Positions 16,764-24,587 are shown, counted from the first letter of the stretch. The stretch: DNA of 24,587 nucleotides from Candidatus Udaeobacter sp. (GCA_035764345.1 DASTZJ010000067.1:1-24587), one strand, 5' to 3'. The notes: generated by a model from the sequence alone, not told the origin. Numbers and translations are program-made.

Positions 16764-16879
16764 AAATGGGCGATACTAAGCCAGATGCGCGTTCCTGGCG
16801 CAAAGCGTATGGTCTGGCGCTTTCTCTTTTTGCAGTGGAGGTAGTGCTTCTCTACCTTTTCACCGTCCGGTTTTCGTGA
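16760..16879 (+). CDS. 39-aa single-pass membrane peptide, putative partner of the symporter
   Basis: MKMGDTKPDARSWRKAYGLALSLFAVEVVLLYLFTVRFS. ATGA overlap with the PIG-L stop and GTGA overlap with the symporter start. Confidence 0.8.
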   Translation: MKMGDTKPDARSWRKAYGLALSLFAVEVVLLYLFTVRFS

Positions 16880-18582
16880 ACCGGCTGGACTATCTCGTTC
16901 TCATCGCCACGATTCTGGCGATCCCGCTTTATGGTCTCTGGCGAACCCGCGGAAGCGCTTCTTTAGGTCAGTATCTCCGGGGCGATGCGAGTATTCGGTG
17001 GGCCACAATTGGACTCTCCATGCTCGCGACGCAGGCAGGACCGATCACGTTTCTTTCCATGCCGGGCCAGGCCTATGAGAGCGGCATAGGGTTTATCCAG
17101 AATTATTTTGGACAGCCGCTCGCGCTTATCGTTGTGTGCGCAGTCTTCGTTCCGATCTATCAGCGGCTGAAAGTTTACACGGCCTATCAGTACCTCGGCG
17201 AGCGGTTCGATCGGAAGACGCAGCTACTCGGCGCCTTCCTGTTTCTTGTGCAGCGAGGCATCGCTGCTGGAATCACGATCTACGCACCGGCCATTATTCT
17301 CTCCGCCTCGCTCGGGTGGCGCTTGAACCTGACCATTTGGCTCGCGGGTGGATTGGTTATCATCTACACGGTCGCGGGCGGAACCAAAATTGTAAGCATC
17401 ACCCAACGCTACCAGATGATCGTGATTTTGCTCGGCATGGCGATTGCATTTGCGGTCGCGGTTTACCGGCTATCGCCCGATCTCTCGTTTGAAAGCGCGC
17501 TATCGGTCGCGGGCAAAATGGGCAAACTGGAGGCGGTCGATTTTTCCGTCGATCCGCACAAGCGCTATACATTCTGGTCGGGCCTGATTGGCGGCTTTTT
17601 TCTCGCACTTTCCTATTTCGGAGCGGATCAATCGCAGGTGCAACGATATCTTGCGGGGGGCTCGCTCAAAGAGAGTCGTCTCGGATTGCTGTTCAATGCC
17701 GTGGTGAAGGTACCGATGCAATTTTTCATTCTGGCACTAGGCGCGATTGTTTTCATGTTTTATCAATTCGAAAAACCGCCTGTTTACTTCAATCAGCCGG
17801 CGTACCAGCGTGCGGTGGAGAGCGGCTATGCACCGCAGTTAGCGGCGTTGCAGACACAATTCGATAACGTCTTCGTGCAAAAACGTGCTCTAATTCGCGT
17901 TGTTTCCAGCGCATCGCCGCAGCGTCCGTCGAACGAGCGTGATGCGGCCATGACCAGGCTGCGCGAGCTCGACGCGCAGGCGCGCGAGTTGCGCGATCGC
18001 ACCAAGGGAGTTCTCGAGCAAGCGGGCGTCGATCCAAAAAACAAGGACTCCGATTACGTGTTCATTACTTTTATTCTTCAACAAATGCCGCACGGGCTTG
18101 TCGGATTACTCATCGCAGTGATCTTGTGCGCGACCATGTCGGCGACGGCAGCAACTCTGAATGCTCTCGGTTCTACCACAGCCATCGATTTTTATCGGCC
18201 GTTGATTCGTACAAACGCGAGCGACCATCATTATGTCGTCGCGGCGAAAGCACTGACAACGGCGTGGGGTTTGATTGCAATCGGAGTCGCGTCGTTTGCC
18301 AGTTTGGTCGAAAATTTAATCGAAGCCGGCAACATCCTGGGGTCGGTGTTTTATGGTAGCATTCTGGGTCTTTTTTTGGCGGCTTTCTTTATTCGACGAG
18401 TTACCGGATCTGCGGTGTTTTTCGCGGCGCTTTTTGCCCAAGCGCTTGTCTTCATCCTGTTCGCTACGACGAATATCGGTTACCTCTGGTACAATTTTAT
18501 TGGGTGCGCGGCCGTGCTGATCGTGGCGCCAGTTCTGCAGCAAACCGTCTTTCGCGGCACGGAAGCTCCCGTTGGGGTATGA
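16876..18582 (+). CDS. Sodium:solute symporter (SLC5/SSS family)
   Basis: 568 aa, many TMs. GLSMLATQAGPITFLSMPGQAY, TAYQYLGERFD, YTVAGG, YFGADQSQVQRYL, LVGLLIAVILCATMS. Confidence 0.95.
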   Translation: MNRLDYLVLIATILAIPLYGLWRTRGSASLGQYLRGDASIRWATIGLSMLATQAGPITFLSMPGQAYESGIGFIQNYFGQPLALIVVCAVFVPIYQRLKVYTAYQYLGERFDRKTQLLGAFLFLVQRGIAAGITIYAPAIILSASLGWRLNLTIWLAGGLVIIYTVAGGTKIVSITQRYQMIVILLGMAIAFAVAVYRLSPDLSFESALSVAGKMGKLEAVDFSVDPHKRYTFWSGLIGGFFLALSYFGADQSQVQRYLAGGSLKESRLGLLFNAVVKVPMQFFILALGAIVFMFYQFEKPPVYFNQPAYQRAVESGYAPQLAALQTQFDNVFVQKRALIRVVSSASPQRPSNERDAAMTRLRELDAQARELRDRTKGVLEQAGVDPKNKDSDYVFITFILQQMPHGLVGLLIAVILCATMSATAATLNALGSTTAIDFYRPLIRTNASDHHYVVAAKALTTAWGLIAIGVASFASLVENLIEAGNILGSVFYGSILGLFLAAFFIRRVTGSAVFFAALFAQALVFILFATTNIGYLWYNFIGCAAVLIVAPVLQQTVFRGTEAPVGV

Positions 18583-18597
18583 AGCTCGTTCTGAGGG

Positions 18598-19365
18598 ATG
18601 GATCACCCGATAATTTGTTTCGGCCAGCAACCGTGTGGATTTTTTCCCAAGCGATTTTTGTTCGCTAAGATTCTGACGGCTCGTCGTCTCCAAAAGGAAA
18701 TTGGCGGTGAAATCGTCTTTTTCTTTCACGACAGCGATCATGACCCGCGCGAGACGACCACGATTTTGCGAGACCAAACCAGCAACCAGGAAATGGCCCT
18801 AAACTTTCAGTTCGAGAATCGGATCCAAAAGCAGTTTTCTCCTCTCTACGCCAAACGGGTTCTCCCGGAATGGCAGGAGAAAACTGCGCGCCAACTTCCA
18901 AGTTACGTAGGGCGGCCTCTGGTAGCACATTTCAAGGAAACCAAATGTTCGAATGTCGCCGACTTCTGTCTCGAGATGTACACCCGGATGGGGTTGCTGG
19001 AGGGTGTGCGGGTGGAGCGGTCCAGTGCACCCGAATTCAGAGCGCGTGCTATGACGGTCTCAGATTATTTCGTCGATCAGCGTTATGAAGGAGAGATCGT
19101 TCGCGCACGTTACCACGACGGGAAATTGCTGCTACACAAAGGAGGCGATCGATTTCTAGAGATTCCCGGAGAAGAATTCGGTCCGAAGCAGATCAGCCCG
19201 ACCCGCGATACGCGTTTCCGTTGGATGCAATCAGTAATTCGATGCACGCATTACGTCGCCGGTGCGAGCGAGCAGCATTACATCAACAAGGCGGATGCTC
19301 CCAAGGTGAAATTCATCAAGCGCGACGAGATTTCTGACTTCAACAAAGCTTATACGGAGCTGTAA
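18598..19365 (+). CDS. Short BshC-like protein (putative cysteine-adding enzyme, catalytic core only)
   Basis: GQQ (9-11), K24-IL, FFFHDSDHDPRE and SPTRDTRFRWMQ...HYVAGASEQHY align by eye with BshC motifs GQQAG..KII, FWVAGEDHDLDE and SNNVVTRPLMQ...FIAGPGEINY. Only 255 aa. Confidence 0.75.
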   Translation: MDHPIICFGQQPCGFFPKRFLFAKILTARRLQKEIGGEIVFFFHDSDHDPRETTTILRDQTSNQEMALNFQFENRIQKQFSPLYAKRVLPEWQEKTARQLPSYVGRPLVAHFKETKCSNVADFCLEMYTRMGLLEGVRVERSSAPEFRARAMTVSDYFVDQRYEGEIVRARYHDGKLLLHKGGDRFLEIPGEEFGPKQISPTRDTRFRWMQSVIRCTHYVAGASEQHYINKADAPKVKFIKRDEISDFNKAYTEL

Positions 19366-20492
19366 TGGAATCGGGGCCGCTCAAAATTGGGATTGCATGT
19401 TTTCCGTTGATTGGCGGCAGTGGGATTTTGGCGACAGCCCTCGGGTCAGAACTGGCGCGCCGCGGTCATGAAGTTTACTTGTTCAGTTATGCTCAGCCCG
19501 TTCGGCTAGAACTGCCGCAGGAGGGTCTTCATTTCCATCGAGTCGAATTTGCGGACAACGCTTTGTTTCCCTGTCCCGACTACACTCTACCGCTCGCAGT
19601 GAAAATGGCGGAAGTGGCGCGTTCCCAGCAACTCGATCTTTTTCATGTTCATTACGCGGTGCCGCACGCACTGGCCGCGTGTTTAGCCTCGCAGATTGTA
19701 GGACAGTCAGCTCCGCGCATCGTCACAACCTTGCACGGAAGCGATACCACTCTGCTGGGGCAGGATCCCGATTACCGAACCGCCATCGAGCATGCCCTTG
19801 TGCATTCCGATGCGGTGACAGCAGTGTCAGAAAATCTTCGGAATCAAACCCAGGAAATCTTTCATTTAAAACGACCGATTGAAGTGATTCCGAATTTCTT
19901 CACTCCCAATAAACCGAAGAGAAGTCGTGAGGAAGTTCGACGCGATTGCGGCGTAGCCGACAAATTTCTCGTGTTACACATGTCGAATTTGCGACCGGTC
20001 AAACGCATAGACCTTTTATTGCGCACGATTGCTTTGTCGAAAAACCGGGCACGTCTTCGATTATTCATTTTAGCGGGCGGCCCTTTTGATCCATACGAAC
20101 CACTGGTCGATGAATTGGGACTCCGCGATAGCGTTATTGTTCGCCAAAACATGGCTGTGGTAGAAGAGTATTTGGAGGCCGCGGATGCGGGACTCTACAC
20201 CTCCGAATACGAAAGTTTCGGTCTGGGCATCCTTGAGACGGTATTTTATGGTAAACCGGTCGTCGCCTTTCGCGTCGGCGGTATTCCCGAAGTTATGGGC
20301 GATTCTTGTCCCCTATATCCTTTCGGTGATGTAACCGCGGCTGCTGCTGCGTTAGACGCGTTGGTTGAATCTCCGAATTTGGCCCGCGAACTAGGTGAAC
20401 GCAGTCGCGCTCGCGTGCTTGAAAGGTTCTCAGCAGATCGCGTTGTCCCTCGGTATGAAGCGTTGTATCGCCGCATAGTTGCCGGTCGATAG
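19365..20492 (+). CDS. bshA: N-acetyl-alpha-D-glucosaminyl L-malate synthase-like GT4 glycosyltransferase
   Basis: LKIGIACFPLIGGSGILAT, HVHYAVPHA, IVTTLHGSD, HMSNLRPVKR, ESFGLGILE, GGIPEV are colinear with BshA. TAATG overlap with the upstream gene. Confidence 0.9.
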   Translation: MESGPLKIGIACFPLIGGSGILATALGSELARRGHEVYLFSYAQPVRLELPQEGLHFHRVEFADNALFPCPDYTLPLAVKMAEVARSQQLDLFHVHYAVPHALAACLASQIVGQSAPRIVTTLHGSDTTLLGQDPDYRTAIEHALVHSDAVTAVSENLRNQTQEIFHLKRPIEVIPNFFTPNKPKRSREEVRRDCGVADKFLVLHMSNLRPVKRIDLLLRTIALSKNRARLRLFILAGGPFDPYEPLVDELGLRDSVIVRQNMAVVEEYLEAADAGLYTSEYESFGLGILETVFYGKPVVAFRVGGIPEVMGDSCPLYPFGDVTAAAAALDALVESPNLARELGERSRARVLERFSADRVVPRYEALYRRIVAGR

Positions 20493-20530
20493 GCGCGTCT
20501 TTATTCAGAATTTCTATCCGTTTCCAAACA

Positions 20531-21721
20531 TCACGTCGTCGATTCAGGCTCGCTCCGGAAACGTGCAACATCTGTTCCGCTTCCCGTACGCACTTCAGGT
20601 CGCCAACGAAACTTTTCCAGAATTGGATTGAATTTTTCCTCGACGGCATCGGCGATGATTTCGCCGAGGACGGGCGCAAATTTGAATCCATGCCCGCAAT
20701 CGCCGGCAGTGATCACCAGTCCTTCGCGCTCCGGATCGGGCGCGATCCAAAAATTTCCATCATGCGTTTCGCAGTACATGCACACGCGCGTATAAACAAT
20801 TGGTGCATCGGCCAGCGCGGGAAACGCCCATGATAAAAACTTGCGCAGATTCTCTTCTTCCTCGGAAGTGACGATGCGTTGGGGCGATTCGGGCGACATC
20901 TCACGTCCTGGACCGTGGTTTGCGATCTTCACAATGCCCTCATGGTTGAGCGGAAATCCATAATAGCCGGTCGTCGTAATGTCTGCGCCAAAGACAGGGA
21001 ACTGTGCAGGCGCGAACAGCTCAGGTTGCCGAGGTTTCAGATGAAACACCGGTTGGCCGCTGGCGCGAAAGAACCTTTTCGTGAAAGGCAACACATATGG
21101 AGTCCACGCACCGGCCGCCATCACCACCGCATTCCCCGTGATGCGCTCTCCGTTGTCCAGGACAATTCCTTCAATGCGGTCATCGCGCTCATCCAAATCG
21201 GCGAAACGGCTGCCGCTGCGTAGCTCGACGCCGATGGACACTGCGCGTTGAACTAAGGTCGCGACCGCACGGCCGCTTTCTGCATAGCCTGCTTCAACCT
21301 CAAGAAGACCATCTCGGAACAATTCCGGATTCCAGGCTGGAAATCGCTTCCACAGTTGTGCTGAATTCATTCGCTCAATTTTGTGGCCACGCTGTTGTAA
21401 CGTTCTGAAACTTTCGTACTCAAAATCGCCGGGCTTCATCTCTCGACGGCGTACGAACATCACCCCGACCTCATGATACAACTCGATGCCGAATTCTTCG
21501 TTCCATTTACGCCAGAGTTTAATCGAGCGTTCTGCAAGCTCTGTGTAGTCTTCGTCCGCTCCATAAGCCGCGCGAACGGCTTTGCTGATGTCGGTGGATG
21601 CCCCGAGCGGATGCGGTAACGGTCCCGGATCGACCAAAATCACTCCGTAGGCACGTTTCTTTAATTCGATGGCGGCAGCGACCCCGTTAACTCCTGCACC
21701 AACAACGATGACTTTCGACAT
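20531..21721 (-). CDS. FAD-dependent amine oxidase, sarcosine oxidase / fructosyl-amino acid oxidase family
   Basis: VIVVGAGVNG dinucleotide motif, ASTDISKAVRAAYG, AAGAWT, RVCMYCET (covalent-FAD Cys position), GDCGHGFKFAPVLG. Start at ATG 21721. Confidence 0.88.
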   Translation of the reverse strand: MSKVIVVGAGVNGVAAAIELKKRAYGVILVDPGPLPHPLGASTDISKAVRAAYGADEDYTELAERSIKLWRKWNEEFGIELYHEVGVMFVRRREMKPGDFEYESFRTLQQRGHKIERMNSAQLWKRFPAWNPELFRDGLLEVEAGYAESGRAVATLVQRAVSIGVELRSGSRFADLDERDDRIEGIVLDNGERITGNAVVMAAGAWTPYVLPFTKRFFRASGQPVFHLKPRQPELFAPAQFPVFGADITTTGYYGFPLNHEGIVKIANHGPGREMSPESPQRIVTSEEEENLRKFLSWAFPALADAPIVYTRVCMYCETHDGNFWIAPDPEREGLVITAGDCGHGFKFAPVLGEIIADAVEEKFNPILEKFRWRPEVRTGSGTDVARFRSEPESTT

Positions 21722-21739
21722 GTTACAAGAGCGCACGTT

Positions 21740-21764
21740 GTGGCGGCGCTTGTGTCAAGCGCCG
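21740..21764 (+). repeat. GTGG-tagged single REP-like hairpin
   Basis: GTGG followed by a perfect 9-bp stem cggcgcttg / caagcgccg with a tgt loop. Confidence 0.7.
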
Positions 21765-21773
21765 ATGTTGCTC

Positions 21774-21972
21774 AGCGCCAAAGGCGCAGCGCATTCACTC
21801 TTAGCCTGGGCAGGGTCCCAGGAACGTATCGCGGCCCAATTAATTAGCGCTGAAAGCGCGGTTCATTTCCGGCACGCCGTTTATTGAAACGCGCTTTGAG
21901 CGTTTGCGTTAACGACGATTTGACTTCCTAGGGCGATGCCTTGGGCTCGCATGACGCAGCGCCTTTGGCGCT
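21774..21972. repeat. 199-bp nested imperfect palindrome (REPIN/MITE-like)
   Basis: Perfect 14-bp termini agcgccaaaggcgc (21774-21787) / gcgcctttggcgct (21959-21972). Middle pair agcctggg..cccagg (21803-21822) / cctaggg..ttgggct (21927-21947). Inner pair 21846-21865 / 21885-21904 matches 17/20. Confidence 0.8.
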
Positions 21973-21992
21973 AATCAGACATGAAGTCTACG

Positions 21993-23255
21993 CTACGATG
22001 CCATTCGCAGCGCGCGTTCCCGTTCGAGCAGGGTCGGATGCGAGTAATAGAAGGCACTGTAGAGCGGGTGCGGCGTGAGATTGCTCAGGTTTTTTTCGCT
22101 CAATTTGCGCAACGCTTGAATGAGTGATTGTGCCTCTTCCATTGTCACACGCGCGAATGTATCCGCCTGGTATTCGAAACGGCGCGACCAGAAGTGAAGC
22201 AACGGCGAAAACCAGAAAGTTATCGTCCCCGCCAGCAGCGCGAACAGCAATATCGCGGGAACGACATTGGTGGCAGCAAAGCCTCCCTGATACGCAAAAC
22301 CGAATGCGCGATAAAACCATTGTTGACGCGCCAGCCAGGCGATCGCGGCGAAAGCCACAAACACACCCGCGATGGAAACGCTGAGCATCTTAATTATGTG
22401 GCGCTTTTTGTAATGGCCAATTTCATGCGCGAGGACCGATTCCAGTTCCAGTTCGGTGAGCTGATCGATGAGTGTGTCGAACAGAACGATTTTTCGAAAT
22501 CGTCCAAACCCGGTGAAGAAGGCGTTGGAGTGACGCGATCGTTTGCTGCCATCCATTACCTCGATGCTTCGCGTGGGAAAATGGGTGCGCTGCGCCAGTG
22601 CAAACAGCCGCTCGTGCAATGCTCCTTCTGGCAGCGGTGTGAACTTGTTGAAAAGCGGCATGATAAGCGCCGGCGCGACGAACAGCAGAAGCAATTGAAA
22701 CGCCATAACAACCGCTGCGGCCCAAAGCCACCAGTTTGCGCCAGTCCACTCGATCAGTTTCAATACCAGCACAAGCAACGGATAGCCGAGCAGCACCGCG
22801 AGCAGAAATCCTTTCACACGATCGAGGACCCACGTCTTCATGCTGGTGGTGTTGAAACCGAATCGCTCTTCGATTTTGAATTGCGCGTACCATGCGAATG
22901 GCAAGGCTGGGATGCTCAACACAATCCCTGTAAGAAAAAGAAAACCAGCCATTGCCCAGACCGAACTGCCGAAACTCGCGCTGAATCTCCCAAACGCCCA
23001 TGACAGCACGCCGCTGAAAAGCACTGCCATAAGTATCACCGCATCGAACACGCCGGCGATATCTCCGAATCGGCTCCTGGCGAGTGTGTAATCGACCGAG
23101 CGGCGATACGTCGCGCCGTCCATGACTCCACGAAACTCGCGCGGCACTTCGTTCCTGCGTTCGCTTACGTGATTCTGGTTCAGTCGGCTCAGCCACAGTT
23201 CGGTGAAGACGCGTGCAAGAATCAGAGCCAGGGCAATGACAGCGAACGGCGACAT
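21993..23255 (-). CDS. M48 family zinc metalloprotease (Ste24-like)
   Basis: 420 aa, multi-TM. FNKFTPL, VMDGSKRSRHSNAFFTGFG, LAHEIGH (HEXXH), EYQAD, YYSHPTLLER. Confidence 0.95.
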   Translation of the reverse strand: MSPFAVIALALILARVFTELWLSRLNQNHVSERRNEVPREFRGVMDGATYRRSVDYTLARSRFGDIAGVFDAVILMAVLFSGVLSWAFGRFSASFGSSVWAMAGFLFLTGIVLSIPALPFAWYAQFKIEERFGFNTTSMKTWVLDRVKGFLLAVLLGYPLLVLVLKLIEWTGANWWLWAAAVVMAFQLLLLFVAPALIMPLFNKFTPLPEGALHERLFALAQRTHFPTRSIEVMDGSKRSRHSNAFFTGFGRFRKIVLFDTLIDQLTELELESVLAHEIGHYKKRHIIKMLSVSIAGVFVAFAAIAWLARQQWFYRAFGFAYQGGFAATNVVPAILLFALLAGTITFWFSPLLHFWSRRFEYQADTFARVTMEEAQSLIQALRKLSEKNLSNLTPHPLYSAFYYSHPTLLERERALRMAS

Positions 23256-23297
23256 AACCTGATGCGAAGTCTTCTACGTCAAATCCCAAGCGCCCGT

Positions 23298-23396
23298 CAA
23301 AGCGGCGGAACACCGCCGCACTCCACAACGTGGCCGCAATTTCCCAGCGCACATCCGCGCTTGCGTCTTGGAGTGCGGAGCCGCTGCGCCGCTTTG
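23298..23396. repeat. GGAGTGCGG-type REP-like doublet
   Basis: caaagcggcggaacaccgccgcactcca (23298-23325) and tggagtgcggagccgctgcgccgctttg (23369-23396) are inverted 28-mers with identical outer 10+10 nt. Confidence 0.82.
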
Positions 23397-23404
23397 GATT
23401 CCAT

Positions 23405-23438
23405 AAGAAAAACGCAAACCACGCGCAGGCCGGTTTGC
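23405..23438 (-). terminator. Candidate intrinsic terminator of the TPR gene
   Basis: 7-bp stem gcaaacc (23414-23420) / ggtttgc (23432-23438), followed on the minus strand by GTTTTTCTT. Confidence 0.4.
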
Positions 23439-24587
23439 TACTCGCGAGCGCTGACAGCAGTCGGAGCCGTTGCTTTGGCCTGGGCGGCACGAAATTCGCG
23501 GACGTGATTCAATTCATCTCGCGAGCCGCTAGACTTTGCCGTTTGTGCGGCCAACTTCGCGTAATAGCGGCTTGCATTCTCCTTATCACCCGATTGCTCG
23601 GCTGCCCGCGCCGCTCCATATAAACCTCTGAACCGTCCTGGATAGATCTTGAGCGCAGCCTCGAATTCACGTTGCGCTTCCTTCGATTGGCCGACTTCGA
23701 GCAACAGGCTGCCGAGTTGTTCGCGAATCGGAACAAACACACCCGGCGATACCGGATGCTTGCCCAGAATGTCTTCCGCGTCGGCGACGCGGCCCAGTGT
23801 CTCGATCGCTTCCTTCTTTTTGCCCTCGGCTGCTGCTACCCAAGCCAAAGCCGCTTGCATCTGCAGTTCAAGATGGTTTTTGAAATAGTCGAACTTGGGA
23901 TCCTTTGTTGCGTCGCGCAGTTGCTGCATGCGCGCGATTGCTTTCCGTGCACCGTCGAGATTGCCCGTATGCGCGCGTCCGAGCGCGTGACCATATTCGA
24001 TCAGAGCCTCCATGAATGGGAATGAGGACCAGTGCGGAAGATTCGGAACAGTCAATGCTGCCGCCGCCGACCAATCATTCCGCTCGAACGCGTAACGTGT
24101 TGGAATGGCAGCCAGTGCGTAAGCGGCGCTGAATTCCAGCTCCGGATTTGTCTTCCGCACCTTGGCAGCAAGATCGACAATCTTTTTCGCCTCACTGTCC
24201 TGGGCTTCCTGTAAATAAGAGTACGCCATGTAATCGAGCGCGTGTAACTCTTCGGCTTCGGTGGCATCACGATGGCGCATAGCCGCGTAAGCGCGCGAAG
24301 CATCGGCCGAAGCTCGATTCGCGGCGATGGATTCATCCCACATACCTAAGCGCGTGAAGATGTGCGATGGCATGTGCAACGCGTGAGGTACCCACGGCGC
24401 GATGGAAGCATAGCTCTGCGCGGCGGCCAGACCGCGCTGGGCGAGGGCAGGATAGTCGTAGCAATGGATCAGGTAATGAACGACGCCTGGATGGTTTGCG
24501 TTTTGTTTCCATAGCTTTTCCAGGATGGCAGCTGCCTCGAGTTGTTTCGACAAGCTCGTGTCATTGGGCGTGGCGTATCCGACACCC
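23438..24587 (-). CDS. TPR-rich helical protein, 5' end outside the window
   Basis: Frame stays open beyond the ORF-track TTG to the window edge (GVGYATPNDTSLSKQLEAA...). HPGVVHYLIHCYD, HALHMPSHIFTRLGMW, HALDYMAYSYLQ and C-terminal TPR-like EAQREFEAALKIYPGRF. Confidence 0.85.
   Translation of the reverse strand, partial: GVGYATPNDTSLSKQLEAAAILEKLWKQNANHPGVVHYLIHCYDYPALAQRGLAAAQSYASIAPWVPHALHMPSHIFTRLGMWDESIAANRASADASRAYAAMRHRDATEAEELHALDYMAYSYLQEAQDSEAKKIVDLAAKVRKTNPELEFSAAYALAAIPTRYAFERNDWSAAAALTVPNLPHWSSFPFMEALIEYGHALGRAHTGNLDGARKAIARMQQLRDATKDPKFDYFKNHLELQMQAALAWVAAAEGKKKEAIETLGRVADAEDILGKHPVSPGVFVPIREQLGSLLLEVGQSKEAQREFEAALKIYPGRFRGLYGAARAAEQSGDKENASRYYAKLAAQTAKSSGSRDELNHVREFRAAQAKATAPTAVSARE

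Noticed and set aside
22128-23490. Long overlapping ORFs 22128..23003 (+) and 22423..23490 (-)
   Set aside because: Antisense or alternate-frame shadows of the M48 protease gene in GC-rich DNA; no motifs.

Overview
Mostly housekeeping chromosomal DNA. The gene set and style suggest a soil Verrucomicrobiota / Chthoniobacterales-like genome (inference only). Left to right: a partial P-II gene glnB on the minus strand, missed by the ORF track; dnaE; an AsmA/TamB-like protein; a DUF4230 protein; YqgE/AlgH; alanine dehydrogenase; a Ser/Thr/Pro-rich lipoprotein; rnpA-yidD-yidC-jag with no rpmH in front; and a DUF2911-TPR protein. Next comes a tightly coupled + strand cluster: large PIG-L/LmbE deacetylase, unannotated 39-aa membrane peptide, sodium:solute symporter, 255-aa BshC-like protein and BshA. 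On the minus strand follow a sarcosine/fructosyl-amine oxidase-like flavoenzyme, an M48 protease and a partial TPR protein. Three observations stand out. (1) A bacillithiol-like thiol pathway whose BshC homologue is cut down to the catalytic-core motifs and is coupled to a probably exported deacetylase and a transporter. (2) A 69-bp GTAG-tagged REP-like doublet sitting in frame inside dnaE and translated as a 23-aa loop. (3) Many intergenic spacers carrying either REP-like doublets or opposed arrays of 6-8 nt tandem repeats, with different unit sequences at different sites. No rRNA, tRNA, CRISPR array or transposase was seen. All homology calls come from motif recognition by eye; no database search was run.
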